Virus record (IMG/VR): IMGVR_UViG_3300045988_179616
Span: 43,395-107,394 of that record
Length of the DNA stretch: 64,000 bases
Source: a virus
Direction: 5' to 3' (one strand)
Shown here: positions 6,763 through 16,185 of the stretch, one piece after another
Numbering within the stretch: position 1 is the stretch's first letter
Layout: every line of letters starts with the position of its first letter
Program-made: the position numbers and the translations under genes
Notes under the pieces: model-generated
Told to the model about the DNA's origin: nothing
Seen by the model: only the letters and a program-made list of their open reading frames with translations
Databases searched by the model: none

Positions 6763-8280
6763 TTGGAACAACAAAATACCGAGTTCAAAAGAAATTTTGA
6801 CCTTGCCTCCTTTAAAAGAGCATCAAGCGGAATGGTTTCCAAAAATAATGAGGTTTATGGAGACTACGACTATCTCTCTTGGCGCTCTAGGTCCCGCACT
6901 CTAAAAGATTACAAACCTGAAGAAATTGATAATATCATTAATTCGGGTTCTTTATCAGAACAAAGAGAAGTTTCAAGGAATTATTTCCTAAAAGATGGCT
7001 TATATCGTGCTATCATCCTCTATTATGCTAATCTTCTAAAGTGCGCGAACCTTTTGATTCCAAAAGTAAGTTTTGGGAAAAAACTTTCTGACAAGACCAC
7101 TCAGAAAAGATACTATAAAGCTTTAGATTATTTAGATGAAATAAATCCCCCAATTTTATATAATAAAATCGTGACACGAGCCCTAACCGATGGCGCATAC
7201 TTTGGACTAATTTCATCTTTGGATAAGGAATCTTTTGTCTTGATTGACCTACCTGCCTCTTACTGCCAGTCTAGATTTAGAGACATTTATGGTAGAGATA
7301 TTATTGAATTCAATGTCAATTATTTTGACCATTTTACCGATGAAGATACTCGAAATCAAGTTCTAGAGATTTATCCCAAAGAAGTTATAAGTTTTTATCG
7401 TCGATATCAAAAAGGTAAAACTAAAACTTCTTGGATAAAATTATCTACTGATAGTACTCTTTACTTTAGTATTCTTGAAGAGGGGAATCCGACTTTTTTG
7501 AATGTCATTCCTGCTACAATTCAATATGATGAAGCAGTAGATACTGAAAGAGAAAGAGACTTGGAAGAAATCCGTAAGATTCTCATTCAGAAAATACCTC
7601 ACTTGCAGGATGGGTCGCTTCTTTTTGAACCAGATGAGGCTCTCGAAATGCACACTGGCGCGGTGGGCATGATGAAAGGAAATAAAAATCTTTCTGTTTT
7701 AACTACTTACGCTGATGTAGATAGTATTGTCTCAAAAACTTCATCTGATGCTGTTTCAAACAATCTAGAGAAGATGCTTCAAAATGTTTATGCTGAAGCT
7801 GGCGTCAGTGGTCAACTCTTTGCACCAACTGGTTCTCAAGCATTATCTACTTCTATCCTAAATGATATAAGCTTTATGATGCCAATTACTAATAAAATTT
7901 CAAAATTTATTAGTGAACTTCTAACCCAACTTTTTGGAAATTCTAATATAAAATTTACTTATAAAATTCTACCGGTTTCTATTTATAACCAAAGTGATTA
8001 TTTAACCGATGCTTTTAAATTAGCTCAAAGTGGATATAGTTTCTTCTTACCGGGCGCCGTTATGGACTTAAATCAACGAGAACTCCTAAGCATGAAAGAA
8101 CTTGAAAATGAAGTTGAAAAACTTCAAGAAAAGTTAGTGCCTCTAAATTCAGCTTATACTCAAAGTGGAACTTCTGGAGACCCTGGACGCCCAGAAATGA
8201 AAACAGAAGAAAAAGCACAAACTACTATTGAACAAGAAGCATCAACAGACAAACAAGGAGGCTTGAATATAGATGAATAA
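6763..8280 (+). CDS. Portal protein (putative; TTG start)
   Basis: 505 aa, immediately downstream of terL. GGGAGGGG RBS before the TTG at 6763. The call rests on size and position. Confidence 0.7.
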   Translation: MEQQNTEFKRNFDLASFKRASSGMVSKNNEVYGDYDYLSWRSRSRTLKDYKPEEIDNIINSGSLSEQREVSRNYFLKDGLYRAIILYYANLLKCANLLIPKVSFGKKLSDKTTQKRYYKALDYLDEINPPILYNKIVTRALTDGAYFGLISSLDKESFVLIDLPASYCQSRFRDIYGRDIIEFNVNYFDHFTDEDTRNQVLEIYPKEVISFYRRYQKGKTKTSWIKLSTDSTLYFSILEEGNPTFLNVIPATIQYDEAVDTERERDLEEIRKILIQKIPHLQDGSLLFEPDEALEMHTGAVGMMKGNKNLSVLTTYADVDSIVSKTSSDAVSNNLEKMLQNVYAEAGVSGQLFAPTGSQALSTSILNDISFMMPITNKISKFISELLTQLFGNSNIKFTYKILPVSIYNQSDYLTDAFKLAQSGYSFFLPGAVMDLNQRELLSMKELENEVEKLQEKLVPLNSAYTQSGTSGDPGRPEMKTEEKAQTTIEQEASTDKQGGLNIDE

Positions 8281-9628
8281 ATTTGAGTTTCCGGTCGCTG
8301 TTTATGGCAACATAGAAAAATATAATGATGTATTATCAAAGGCGCGGTGCCGAATTTTCTATAAATATGGTAATAGAAACGGTACTTATATAACGGATGA
8401 GTTTGCAGAAAAACTTCTACAAACTCTTCCTTACGCGCCGGTCAAAGGCATCTATGAATATGATGACTACACCGACCATGGAAGTCGAAGAAGCGAGGGA
8501 AGAATTTATGGAATTGTTCCCGAAAATCCTAATGTCAGCTGGGAGCCTCATCTTGATGAAGACGGAGTAGAAAGAACCTACGCTTGCGCAGATGTTCTAA
8601 TTTTTACTGCGCTTTATGCTGAAGCTGGAGACATCGTAGGGAAATCTCAATCAATGGAACTTTATGAGCCATCTTTGAAATATCATCAGGCAATTTATGA
8701 TGGACAAAAGTTCATTGTGTTTGATGAAGGATGCTTTTTAGGTCTCCAAGTTTTAGGAGATGATGTCGAGCCTTGCTTTGAGGGCGCGAGCTTCTTCGAA
8801 CTTCAAACTAGTATTGATAAAGTTATAAAGAAGATTCAAGAGATTGAAGCTATTTATACTAAAAATGGAGGAACAGAGACTATGGAAATAAATTTCAAAC
8901 TTTCCGATGGCCAAAAGCATGATGCTCTTTGGTCTCTCTTGAACACCGAGTATAATGAGGAAGGAAACTGGACAGTTAGCTATGCTATTTGTGAAGTTTT
9001 TGATGACTATGCTCTAGCCTATAATTATGAGAGCGGTAAGTATGAGCGAGTTTATTATACGAAGAATGATGAGACTGATAGTGTTGAGCTAGGCGAACGT
9101 ATCCAAGTTTATATTATTGATGTAACCGAAAATGAAAAGCAGACTGTTGATACTTTGCGTCAATTGAATGGCGGTACTTATGAACTTGTAAATGAGGATT
9201 TGACAAATGCTGAAACTCTAAAAGAAGAAAATTCTAATTTTAGTTCCAAAATTGAAGAACTAAATGGTGAGATTTCTACTTTACAAGCAGAGAAGGCTGG
9301 TATTGAGGCTCAATATACTGAGGCTCAGGCCCAGGTCCAGACACTAACAGAAGAAAACAGTTCTCTAAATGAGTATAAAGCTCAGATTGAAAAAGAGCAG
9401 AAAGATGCTGTATTCGCTGAGTATGAAGGACATCTAAGTGAAGAAATTCTAAATACTTATCGCGAGAATAGCGCTAACTATTCTGTATCTGATTTGGATA
9501 AAGAGCTAGCTTATGAGTTGAAGAAGACTGGTTTTTCTGCTTTTTCTAAAAACGACCGTCAAGGTCTAATTCCTAAGGACGTGCCTCTACAAGGTCTAGA
9601 TGCCGTCTTAGCTAAATATGTTAAGTAA
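8273..9628 (+). CDS. Prohead scaffolding-like protein (451 aa, coiled-coil C-terminal half)
   Basis: Sits between portal and capsid genes. The C-terminal 150 aa is heptad-rich (LKEENSNFSSKIEELNGEISTLQAEKAGIEAQYTEAQAQVQTL). Whether the N-terminal domain is a protease cannot be judged. Confidence 0.5.
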   Translation: MNKFEFPVAVYGNIEKYNDVLSKARCRIFYKYGNRNGTYITDEFAEKLLQTLPYAPVKGIYEYDDYTDHGSRRSEGRIYGIVPENPNVSWEPHLDEDGVERTYACADVLIFTALYAEAGDIVGKSQSMELYEPSLKYHQAIYDGQKFIVFDEGCFLGLQVLGDDVEPCFEGASFFELQTSIDKVIKKIQEIEAIYTKNGGTETMEINFKLSDGQKHDALWSLLNTEYNEEGNWTVSYAICEVFDDYALAYNYESGKYERVYYTKNDETDSVELGERIQVYIIDVTENEKQTVDTLRQLNGGTYELVNEDLTNAETLKEENSNFSSKIEELNGEISTLQAEKAGIEAQYTEAQAQVQTLTEENSSLNEYKAQIEKEQKDAVFAEYEGHLSEEILNTYRENSANYSVSDLDKELAYELKKTGFSAFSKNDRQGLIPKDVPLQGLDAVLAKYVK

Positions 9629-9642
9629 TTGGAGGAAATAAA

Positions 9643-10197
9643 ATGGCTGCAAAAAGACTAGTAATTAGTGGCTATGGTCAAGTTGAGCTAAATAATGTTG
9701 CCTTCCGTCGTGATGGTCGTATTGAGGCTCAGTGCGCTCCTAATGCCACCGATTTCGCAGATATTCCTGTTGAGAATGGTATGCTTTTGGCTGTTGATGA
9801 TACTAATCATTGTGTAAAGCTACCTAAAGATGATTCTCTACCCATCGCTCTAGTTTATTCTACTGAGCATATGTATGATGAGCGGACTCCTGGTCTAAAG
9901 AACTTCAAGCTAAATGGTTCTGATGACTTCTTCCCCCGTTTAGGCTACCTATCTGTTGGCGACAAGTATCGTACCAATTGCATTTGCTATGATAGTACCG
10001 AATTTGCCACTGAGGAAGCTCTAATTACCGCTCTAAAGGCTTGTGCTACCACGCCTGTATATGGTATGGCTGATGCTTCTGGTGCTACTAAGCTATCTGC
10101 TACTGCAGGTACTTTTGGCCCCAAGCTAAAAGTTGTTGCTTTTGACACTATGCCTGATGGCCAAAAGGGCGTCAAGCTACAAGTGCTAGCTGACTAA
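9643..10197 (+). CDS. Capsid-associated protein (184 aa; decoration or auxiliary head protein candidate)
   Basis: Immediately upstream of the capsid gene. Shares the CTA-Leu-rich codon class of highly expressed late genes. Confidence 0.4.
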   Translation: MAAKRLVISGYGQVELNNVAFRRDGRIEAQCAPNATDFADIPVENGMLLAVDDTNHCVKLPKDDSLPIALVYSTEHMYDERTPGLKNFKLNGSDDFFPRLGYLSVGDKYRTNCICYDSTEFATEEALITALKACATTPVYGMADASGATKLSATAGTFGPKLKVVAFDTMPDGQKGVKLQVLAD

Positions 10198-10217
10198 TAA
10201 AAGGAGGGTAAATTATA

Positions 10218-11270
10218 ATGACTATTAAAGAGCTACAAGAAATTGCCCTTCATTGCGCTAAGGGTACTGTTCCTGCCACCTATGCTAATCAGAATGTAGA
10301 TATGGATTCTGCTTTCCTAGATGGTCTAAAGGAGCTAGCTGGTTCCGTAAACCAGTTTATGAAGAATCGTTATGATATTTATGATATCGTAATTAAGACT
10401 GCCGATGAGGTTATGCCTAAGAAGGTAATTGATGCTATCGGTATGTTCGCTGAGGTTCAGATTGTTCCTCAAAGTCAGAAGGCTATCTTTAAGCGTCGTC
10501 TAGGCAAGATGCGCGCCAAGAAGTTCCTAACTCAGGTTGGTCTATCTGGTGTGTATGAGACCTTCCGTCTAGATAGTGATACCTTTGAGCTAGCTGGCCA
10601 TGCTGTCGGTGGAGGTGCCACTATCGACTTTGAGCGTATGCTAGATGGTGCCGAGACCATGGCTGAGGTTATGCAGGTTCTAACTGATGGTCTAACTGAT
10701 GCCGTATTCTATGAGGTCCATAAGGCTCTTCGCGCTGCCGTAAATGCTTCTGCTCGTCCCGATGCTAATAAGGTAGTTTCTAACACCTTTGAGACTGATA
10801 AGATGGTAAAGCTAATCAATACTGTTCGTGCTTATGGTAACGGTGTTGTAATTTTTGCCCCTCCCGAGTTTGTAGGTGCTATGGGTGCTGACGCCATTGT
10901 AAATGGTATTGCTAATAATACTAATGGTATTTATCATCCTCAGGATATTGACTCAATTCATAACACTGGGTATATCAATATTTTCCGTGGAGCCCCTGTT
11001 GTTCAGATTCCTCAGTCCTTTATTGATGAAACCAATACTAAAACTTGGATTGACCCTCAGCTAGCTTATGTTCTACCCACCGGTGGAGAGAAGGTAGTAA
11101 AGGTTGTTCTAGAAGGCAATACTCAAATCAATGACTTCAAGAATCGTGATAATTCTCTAGAAGTCTATGCTTATAAAAAGATGGGTTGCGCTATTCTAGC
11201 TCATCATAACTGGGGTATTTATCAGAATACGGGGATTACCCAGACTTTTGAGAATCCTTATAATTTTTAA
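10218..11270 (+). CDS. Major capsid protein (putative)
   Basis: 350 aa with a strong AAGGAGG RBS and the expression-biased codon class. Followed by a strong terminator. Position is canonical. Confidence 0.7.
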   Translation: MTIKELQEIALHCAKGTVPATYANQNVDMDSAFLDGLKELAGSVNQFMKNRYDIYDIVIKTADEVMPKKVIDAIGMFAEVQIVPQSQKAIFKRRLGKMRAKKFLTQVGLSGVYETFRLDSDTFELAGHAVGGGATIDFERMLDGAETMAEVMQVLTDGLTDAVFYEVHKALRAAVNASARPDANKVVSNTFETDKMVKLINTVRAYGNGVVIFAPPEFVGAMGADAIVNGIANNTNGIYHPQDIDSIHNTGYINIFRGAPVVQIPQSFIDETNTKTWIDPQLAYVLPTGGEKVVKVVLEGNTQINDFKNRDNSLEVYAYKKMGCAILAHHNWGIYQNTGITQTFENPYNF

Positions 11271-11321
11271 TAAATAAATAACGTATTTAGAGATACGCTA
11301 ACCAAAGATAATTAAATCTCT

Positions 11322-11358
11322 TCGAGGGAGGGACAAACTCCCTCCCTCGATTTATATA
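11322..11358 (+). terminator. Rho-independent terminator after the capsid gene
   Basis: TCGAGGGAGGG-acaaact-CCCTCCCTCGA (11-bp GC-rich stem) followed by TTTATATAT. Confidence 0.75.
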
Positions 11359-11391
11359 TAAAAATTTTTAGGAGTAAAAGGAGTATTTTAA

Positions 11392-11865
11392 ATGGAGAAG
11401 ATTAGAGTAGTTAGTAAGCATCAAGGTCCTATCAGCGTGAACATTCCCGACTTGCGTTTCAAGCGCGAGTGGCCCAATAAGGGTGCCAGCATTCCTATCG
11501 AAAGAGAGACTCTGGAAGAAATGATGTATGATAGTGGCTTTAAGTATATGATTGATACTGGGATGCTTTATATTGAAGACTTAGAGGTAAAGAAGGAGCT
11601 AGGCCTTGAACCTGAAGACGCTACCGAACCTGTTAATATTATTGTTTTGAGCGATAATGATATGAAGCGAATGATGACTGCCATGCCACAGTTTGAGTTT
11701 GATGCTAAGCTAAAGACCTTGAACTATGAGCAGATGTTAGCGTTGGCTGATTTTGCTATCAAAAATGAACTAGGAGATTTCGGTAAGTGTGATGCTATAA
11801 AAAAGGCTTGTGGGAAAGATATTCTAACTGCTATTAAGTTGAATAGAGAGGATAAGGAGGGCTAA
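11392..11865 (+). CDS. Hypothetical head-module protein (157 aa)
   Basis: ORF with an AAAGGAG RBS, between the capsid and connector genes. Confidence 0.5.
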   Translation: MEKIRVVSKHQGPISVNIPDLRFKREWPNKGASIPIERETLEEMMYDSGFKYMIDTGMLYIEDLEVKKELGLEPEDATEPVNIIVLSDNDMKRMMTAMPQFEFDAKLKTLNYEQMLALADFAIKNELGDFGKCDAIKKACGKDILTAIKLNREDKEG

Positions 11866-11867
11866 TA

Positions 11868-12308
11868 ATGGGAACCCCCTTAGAGAAAGTTTATTCTGCC
11901 TTCCTGTCTAAGATGCTCGAAGATGAATGGCTGAACTGGACACAGGAAGAAGTAGAAGAGGACTTATTAACTATCTTAGACGGCGCGCTACCTTGGTTCA
12001 AGTTCCCGCGCAAGTCTCTTGAACATGACGAACAATGCTTTTTTGAAGAATTAGATAATGAAGAAATCCAAATTATTGCCTGCTATATGAAATGTGAGTG
12101 GTTGAATCGAACCATTCTAACTTGGGAAAATGTAAAGCCTTTATATGAGGAAAGGGATTTTTCTCAGGCTAATCTTATTGGTAAATTTACTGAACTTCTA
12201 AGAAAGGAAGAGGAAAAAGTCCATCGTCTAGAAGGAGTTTACTATCGCGCGCCAAAGCGCAAGCCATTTTCATATAGACTACTTGCGGAGCAGTATCAGG
12301 ATGTCTGA
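11868..12308 (+). CDS. Head-tail connector/adaptor candidate (146 aa)
   Basis: Called on position and size only. Confidence 0.4.
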   Translation: MGTPLEKVYSAFLSKMLEDEWLNWTQEEVEEDLLTILDGALPWFKFPRKSLEHDEQCFFEELDNEEIQIIACYMKCEWLNRTILTWENVKPLYEERDFSQANLIGKFTELLRKEEEKVHRLEGVYYRAPKRKPFSYRLLAEQYQDV

Positions 12309-12567
12309 TTTTACTGAAGGATATAGTAATAAATTGAAAAATAAACTTTTTGGACTTTTGTGTGAGTTTGAAAAGAAAGGTGAATGGGAGAAGTTTTTGG
12401 ATAGTATTCTAACAGAATTATTAGGAATTCCAGAAGCTTCTCGAACTATCAATTACTATATTCTGTATTATAAGATTTCTTCATTACGTTATCTCAGATA
12501 TGATTATTTTCGTAGTACGGTTTTTAGCTGTATGACGTTATTGGGAAAATCAGATGAGTTATTTTGA
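12301..12567 (+). CDS. Hypothetical protein (88 aa; start refined to the ATG overlapping the upstream stop)
   Basis: ATGTCTGA overlap with the preceding gene. The ORF-track start at 12283 lies inside the upstream gene. Confidence 0.45.
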   Translation: MSDFTEGYSNKLKNKLFGLLCEFEKKGEWEKFLDSILTELLGIPEASRTINYYILYYKISSLRYLRYDYFRSTVFSCMTLLGKSDELF

Positions 12568-13291
12568 TATATATGAAAAGCGCTTAAATAGATACGGACT
12601 AGATTACCAATCTCGTATCCAAGGTAAGCGCGAGCAGAATTTTGACCTTTATCTTCAAAAAAGTATTTATCGAGTAGATTTTGAGTATAATGATGAGTAT
12701 ATAAGTGGAAGTTTTGAACGATACAAACAGGACGACAGCAAAACTCTTCATTATTTACTCGTAAAAATTGATGTTGAGTTCGCGCCAGGTACAATTTTGA
12801 TGATACCGGATAAAAATGATGAACTCAAGCCTTGGATGGTTTATTATCTTGAGGAAATAAAGGCTAGTGGTTATAATCGCTATGTAATGCTTCGTATGAC
12901 GCATTATCTAATTTGGCATTCTCGTGATGGTTCTGAGCAAGAAAGTTGGGCATATATGTATGGTCAAGAAAACAATATGCTTAGAGATGAAATCAGATCT
13001 CGAAGTCGTATGGATACTGTTTACGCCGAGAATCTCAAAGAAAGTTTCTTTGTTATGCCTTTGACACAATATCTAAAAAAAGATGATTACTTTATTATAG
13101 GTGAAGAACCATATCGAGAGTTCTATCGAGTAACTGGTTATGATATACAATCTTCACCTGGCGTAGAATATGTAACTGTTGATCCGATTTATGAGTTTGA
13201 TTTGACGCCTCCTCCTCAAAAGGAGGAAAGCGATAATGAAGAAGATTACTTCTGGCTACAAGGAGGAAGTGCTGATGGTAAGAAACCTTGA
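12554..13291 (+). CDS. Head-tail joining / neck protein candidate (245 aa)
   Basis: Position in the connector block. Overlapping start and stop suggest translational coupling. Confidence 0.45.
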   Translation: MSYFDIYEKRLNRYGLDYQSRIQGKREQNFDLYLQKSIYRVDFEYNDEYISGSFERYKQDDSKTLHYLLVKIDVEFAPGTILMIPDKNDELKPWMVYYLEEIKASGYNRYVMLRMTHYLIWHSRDGSEQESWAYMYGQENNMLRDEIRSRSRMDTVYAENLKESFFVMPLTQYLKKDDYFIIGEEPYREFYRVTGYDIQSSPGVEYVTVDPIYEFDLTPPPQKEESDNEEDYFWLQGGSADGKKP

Positions 13292-13763
13292 AGAGCTAGG
13301 ACCTTTTCTTCAGAAAATAATGGTTAGATTAACAACTAACCAAAATTTACTAAAGTTGTTGTACTATAGTGATAAAGCTCCTTTGGAAAAAAAAGACCTT
13401 ACACAAGACCAAATTATAAATGAAGTTTTTGATAAACTTATAAAAATAGTCCCTAGAATGGGCCCGAAGGAAGATGCAAAGAGTCTTATTTCATTACGAG
13501 TCGTTGGTGGCGCGCGTCTTTCTTCTAATATTGAATTTCAAAGAATAGTTTTAGCTATTGAAATTTTTGTTCCTTTGACTCAATGGAAAATAAAGGGAAC
13601 AAATCTTCGTCCTTTTAGTATAATGGGTGAAATTCAAAAAAGTCTAAATGGAAAAGTCATTGATGGAATGGGCAAGCTTCAGGGAGGAGATTTTGAAATA
13701 AACTTTCTAACTGATGAAATGTCTTGTTATGAAATGACTTTTGACTTGACCGCTTATGATTGA
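13275..13763 (+). CDS. Neck / tail-completion candidate (162 aa; start refined)
   Basis: AGGAGG lies 8 nt before the ATG at 13275, in frame with ORF-track 13236-13763. Confidence 0.45.
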   Translation: MVRNLEELGPFLQKIMVRLTTNQNLLKLLYYSDKAPLEKKDLTQDQIINEVFDKLIKIVPRMGPKEDAKSLISLRVVGGARLSSNIEFQRIVLAIEIFVPLTQWKIKGTNLRPFSIMGEIQKSLNGKVIDGMGKLQGGDFEINFLTDEMSCYEMTFDLTAYD

Positions 13764-14499
13764 TTGCCATTTTGTGATAAATGAACCAGCGAATTTCCAA
13801 AAGATTTGTAAAGTCTATTCTCCTACTATTCGCCAGGTTATTACAGAAGAGAACTTTTTAGTTTATCGAAAACTTTTGACCCTATCCCAAGAAGAAATTG
13901 AAGATGAGTACATGGAAAAAGAAATGGAATTATCAAATGTTCTAACTCCATTAGAGTATCTTTTGAATTCTTCTTTTAATAATAAACAAGTAGAGGCCCT
14001 TTCTATTAAAGCTTTTGAGTTTTTTATTCACGAACCAGTTTCTTTCATTTATGAAGAAAAAAAGATTTTAGTTGGAGATTTGAAAAAAGTCTTAGAGAGC
14101 GCGCAGTCATTAGACGATTTGCGCTTTTTGACCAGTGAAAATTTTTTTGACTTTCAAAATCTTATCAGAAATAGCGTAGGAGAAGACAGTATTGAGCCTC
14201 CCAATCCTAATGAACATCCAAAGATCAAAAAAATGAAGGCAAAGGCGCGGTATCGTGATAAAGTAAAAGCGAAAAAGGAAGGACTAACACTTGATACTTT
14301 ACTCATTTCAATTTGTTGTATGGGTATTGGAATTACTCCACTTACAGTTGGAGAGTTGAGTTATGCTACTTTTTCCAAGTTGATAGGTGTATATCAAGAA
14401 AAGGAAAAATATGAAGTTGATATAAGAAGCTTATTAGCTGGAGCGAGTAGTAAAGATGTAAAACCAAAATATTGGATACATAATTCTGATAAAAAATAG
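13756..14499 (+). CDS. Hypothetical tail-module protein (247 aa)
   Basis: ORF overlapping the upstream stop. Ends in TAG, followed by an RBS for the next gene. Confidence 0.5.
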   Translation: MIDCHFVINEPANFQKICKVYSPTIRQVITEENFLVYRKLLTLSQEEIEDEYMEKEMELSNVLTPLEYLLNSSFNNKQVEALSIKAFEFFIHEPVSFIYEEKKILVGDLKKVLESAQSLDDLRFLTSENFFDFQNLIRNSVGEDSIEPPNPNEHPKIKKMKAKARYRDKVKAKKEGLTLDTLLISICCMGIGITPLTVGELSYATFSKLIGVYQEKEKYEVDIRSLLAGASSKDVKPKYWIHNSDKK

Positions 14500-14513
14500 G
14501 AGGAAATACGGTA

Positions 14514-15290
14514 ATGGCAATAAATATTCTAGACCGTTATGGTATCAAGGAAGTTTGCGACTTTACCTTTTATCAAATTGATAAGGATGAAAGTGGTAAC
14601 ACTACGCCTGGTGCCCCAGTCTTATATCTTGATACACTAAAAGTTTCTACTACCGAGCAGACTGCTGAAAATACTTCTGCCCGTGGAGGAAAGGGAAATC
14701 CAGAACTTATTACTTGGGACTATGGTAAGGAAATCAATGTAACTCTAGAAGATGCTTTATTCTCCGCCAAGTCTATGGCTATCATGTTTGGTTCTGTAAA
14801 TTCTACTGGAGAGGCTGATGTTGATACTACTAATGCGACTATTTGGCGTACAGTTTCTAAGGCTAATGTACTAGCTGCTGAAGCGGCTGCTTGTAATGTT
14901 GAAATTCGTGGCTCCAAGTATGCTCTATCTGATGTAAAGTATTATAAGGCAGATGGCACAGTTGCTACTGCAAGTGGCAGCGCACCTACTGACTATGCTT
15001 ATGCTGTTGGTAAGATGAATGTGAAAGAGTCTGCTACTATTGATATTAGTCCGGAAACCTTCCCTGGTACTTATTATTGTACTGGTGACACTTATGCTCG
15101 TCGTGAAGATAATGGAGAGGATGAGTTCTTCCAGTTGGTAATTCCTAAAGCAAAGATAACTTCTGAAAATACTCTAACTATGGAAGCTGAGGGTGACCCC
15201 TCTACTTTCAACATGAATCTAAAGGTCCTACGTCCTGCAAATGGTCCTATGATGAAGCTTATCAAGTATTCTTTGACCACTAGCAAATAA
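14514..15290 (+). CDS. Major tail (tube) protein candidate
   Basis: 258 aa, AGGAGG RBS, expression-biased codon class, own terminator downstream. Lies upstream of the tape measure. No sheath-sized gene is present, which suggests a non-contractile tail. Confidence 0.55.
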   Translation: MAINILDRYGIKEVCDFTFYQIDKDESGNTTPGAPVLYLDTLKVSTTEQTAENTSARGGKGNPELITWDYGKEINVTLEDALFSAKSMAIMFGSVNSTGEADVDTTNATIWRTVSKANVLAAEAAACNVEIRGSKYALSDVKYYKADGTVATASGSAPTDYAYAVGKMNVKESATIDISPETFPGTYYCTGDTYARREDNGEDEFFQLVIPKAKITSENTLTMEAEGDPSTFNMNLKVLRPANGPMMKLIKYSLTTSK

Positions 15291-15303
15291 TTAAATAAAA
15301 CTG

Positions 15304-15340
15304 AAACGGAGGAGGGAGGACCTTCTCCGTTTTCTTTTTT
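15304..15340 (+). terminator. Rho-independent terminator / attenuator after the tail tube gene
   Basis: AAACGGAG...CTCCGTTT stem followed by TCTTTTTT. Confidence 0.6.
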
Positions 15341-15350
15341 AGGAGGAAAT

Positions 15351-16130
15351 ATGAACGAGTTTTCTTTCAAAGAATTGGAACAGTGTTATCTAAAAGCTAC
15401 TTATCCAATAGAGATTGGGAATAGAATCATTGAAGCAAAAGAAATCCTTGCAAAATTTGATAAAATTCAAATTGCTGGTCTTGATGAAATCAAACGATGG
15501 GTCAGCGCTAATGGCGGATTTGATAACCGCCCCCATATCTTTTGGGAAACCACGAAAGAAATTGACCTAAGTTTTTCTCAAGGTGTATTCTCAAAAGACC
15601 AGTTCGCGCTTATGACGAATTCTAAACTTTTTGAAATTGAGGAAGAAAAACCAGTTTTGGTAACTAAAATGGAAACTTTGGAAAGTGATGAAGAGAACAA
15701 AATTCACTTGAAAGAAATTCCGGTAGATTTATTTATCTATGAAAAAGAAACTGGAAAGAAAATTTTACCTCTATCCAAAGAAGAAAAAGTTATAGAAATT
15801 AGTGAGCCTTATAAAGAAGTTGTGGTATCTTACACTTATAATTACTTGGGAGGCGCGAAGGTCGTAAAGGTTGGTAATAGGCTTTTCAATGGTTTTGTTG
15901 AATTAGAAGGAAGAACAAGAGTAAAGGATGATACTACTGGTCAGGTAGTTACGGGGCTTATAAAAATCCCAAAGCTAAAATTGATGACTGGCTTATCTAT
16001 AAGGCTGGGCGCGCAAGCTACACCTGTCGTAGCCAATTTCAAAGGAGTTGGCGTTCCAGTGGGGTCAAGAGGAAATTCATATGTTAGTGAGTTTTACTTT
16101 TTGAACAATGATATAGATAGTGATTTCTAA
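15351..16130 (+). CDS. Tail-module protein (259 aa) in the position usually held by tail assembly chaperones
   Basis: Position between the tube gene and the tape measure. No frameshift partner ORF is evident. Confidence 0.4.
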   Translation: MNEFSFKELEQCYLKATYPIEIGNRIIEAKEILAKFDKIQIAGLDEIKRWVSANGGFDNRPHIFWETTKEIDLSFSQGVFSKDQFALMTNSKLFEIEEEKPVLVTKMETLESDEENKIHLKEIPVDLFIYEKETGKKILPLSKEEKVIEISEPYKEVVVSYTYNYLGGAKVVKVGNRLFNGFVELEGRTRVKDDTTGQVVTGLIKIPKLKLMTGLSIRLGAQATPVVANFKGVGVPVGSRGNSYVSEFYFLNNDIDSDF

Positions 16131-16136
16131 TTGTAG

Positions 16137-16171
16137 TCAGCATTAGTTTTTAGCTAATGCTGATTATTTTT
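16137..16171 (+). terminator. Hairpin plus T-tract (attenuator) before the tape measure gene
   Basis: TCAGCATTAG-tttttag-CTAATGCTGA followed by TTATTTTTT. Confidence 0.55.
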
Positions 16172-16185
16172 TAGGAGGAAAAGGA

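Noticed and set aside
15351-16185. Programmed -1 frameshift tail-chaperone pair (G/GT type) upstream of the tape measure
   Set aside because: There is a single uninterrupted 259-aa ORF. I could not see an overlapping downstream frame or an obvious slippery heptamer. This cannot be excluded without computation.
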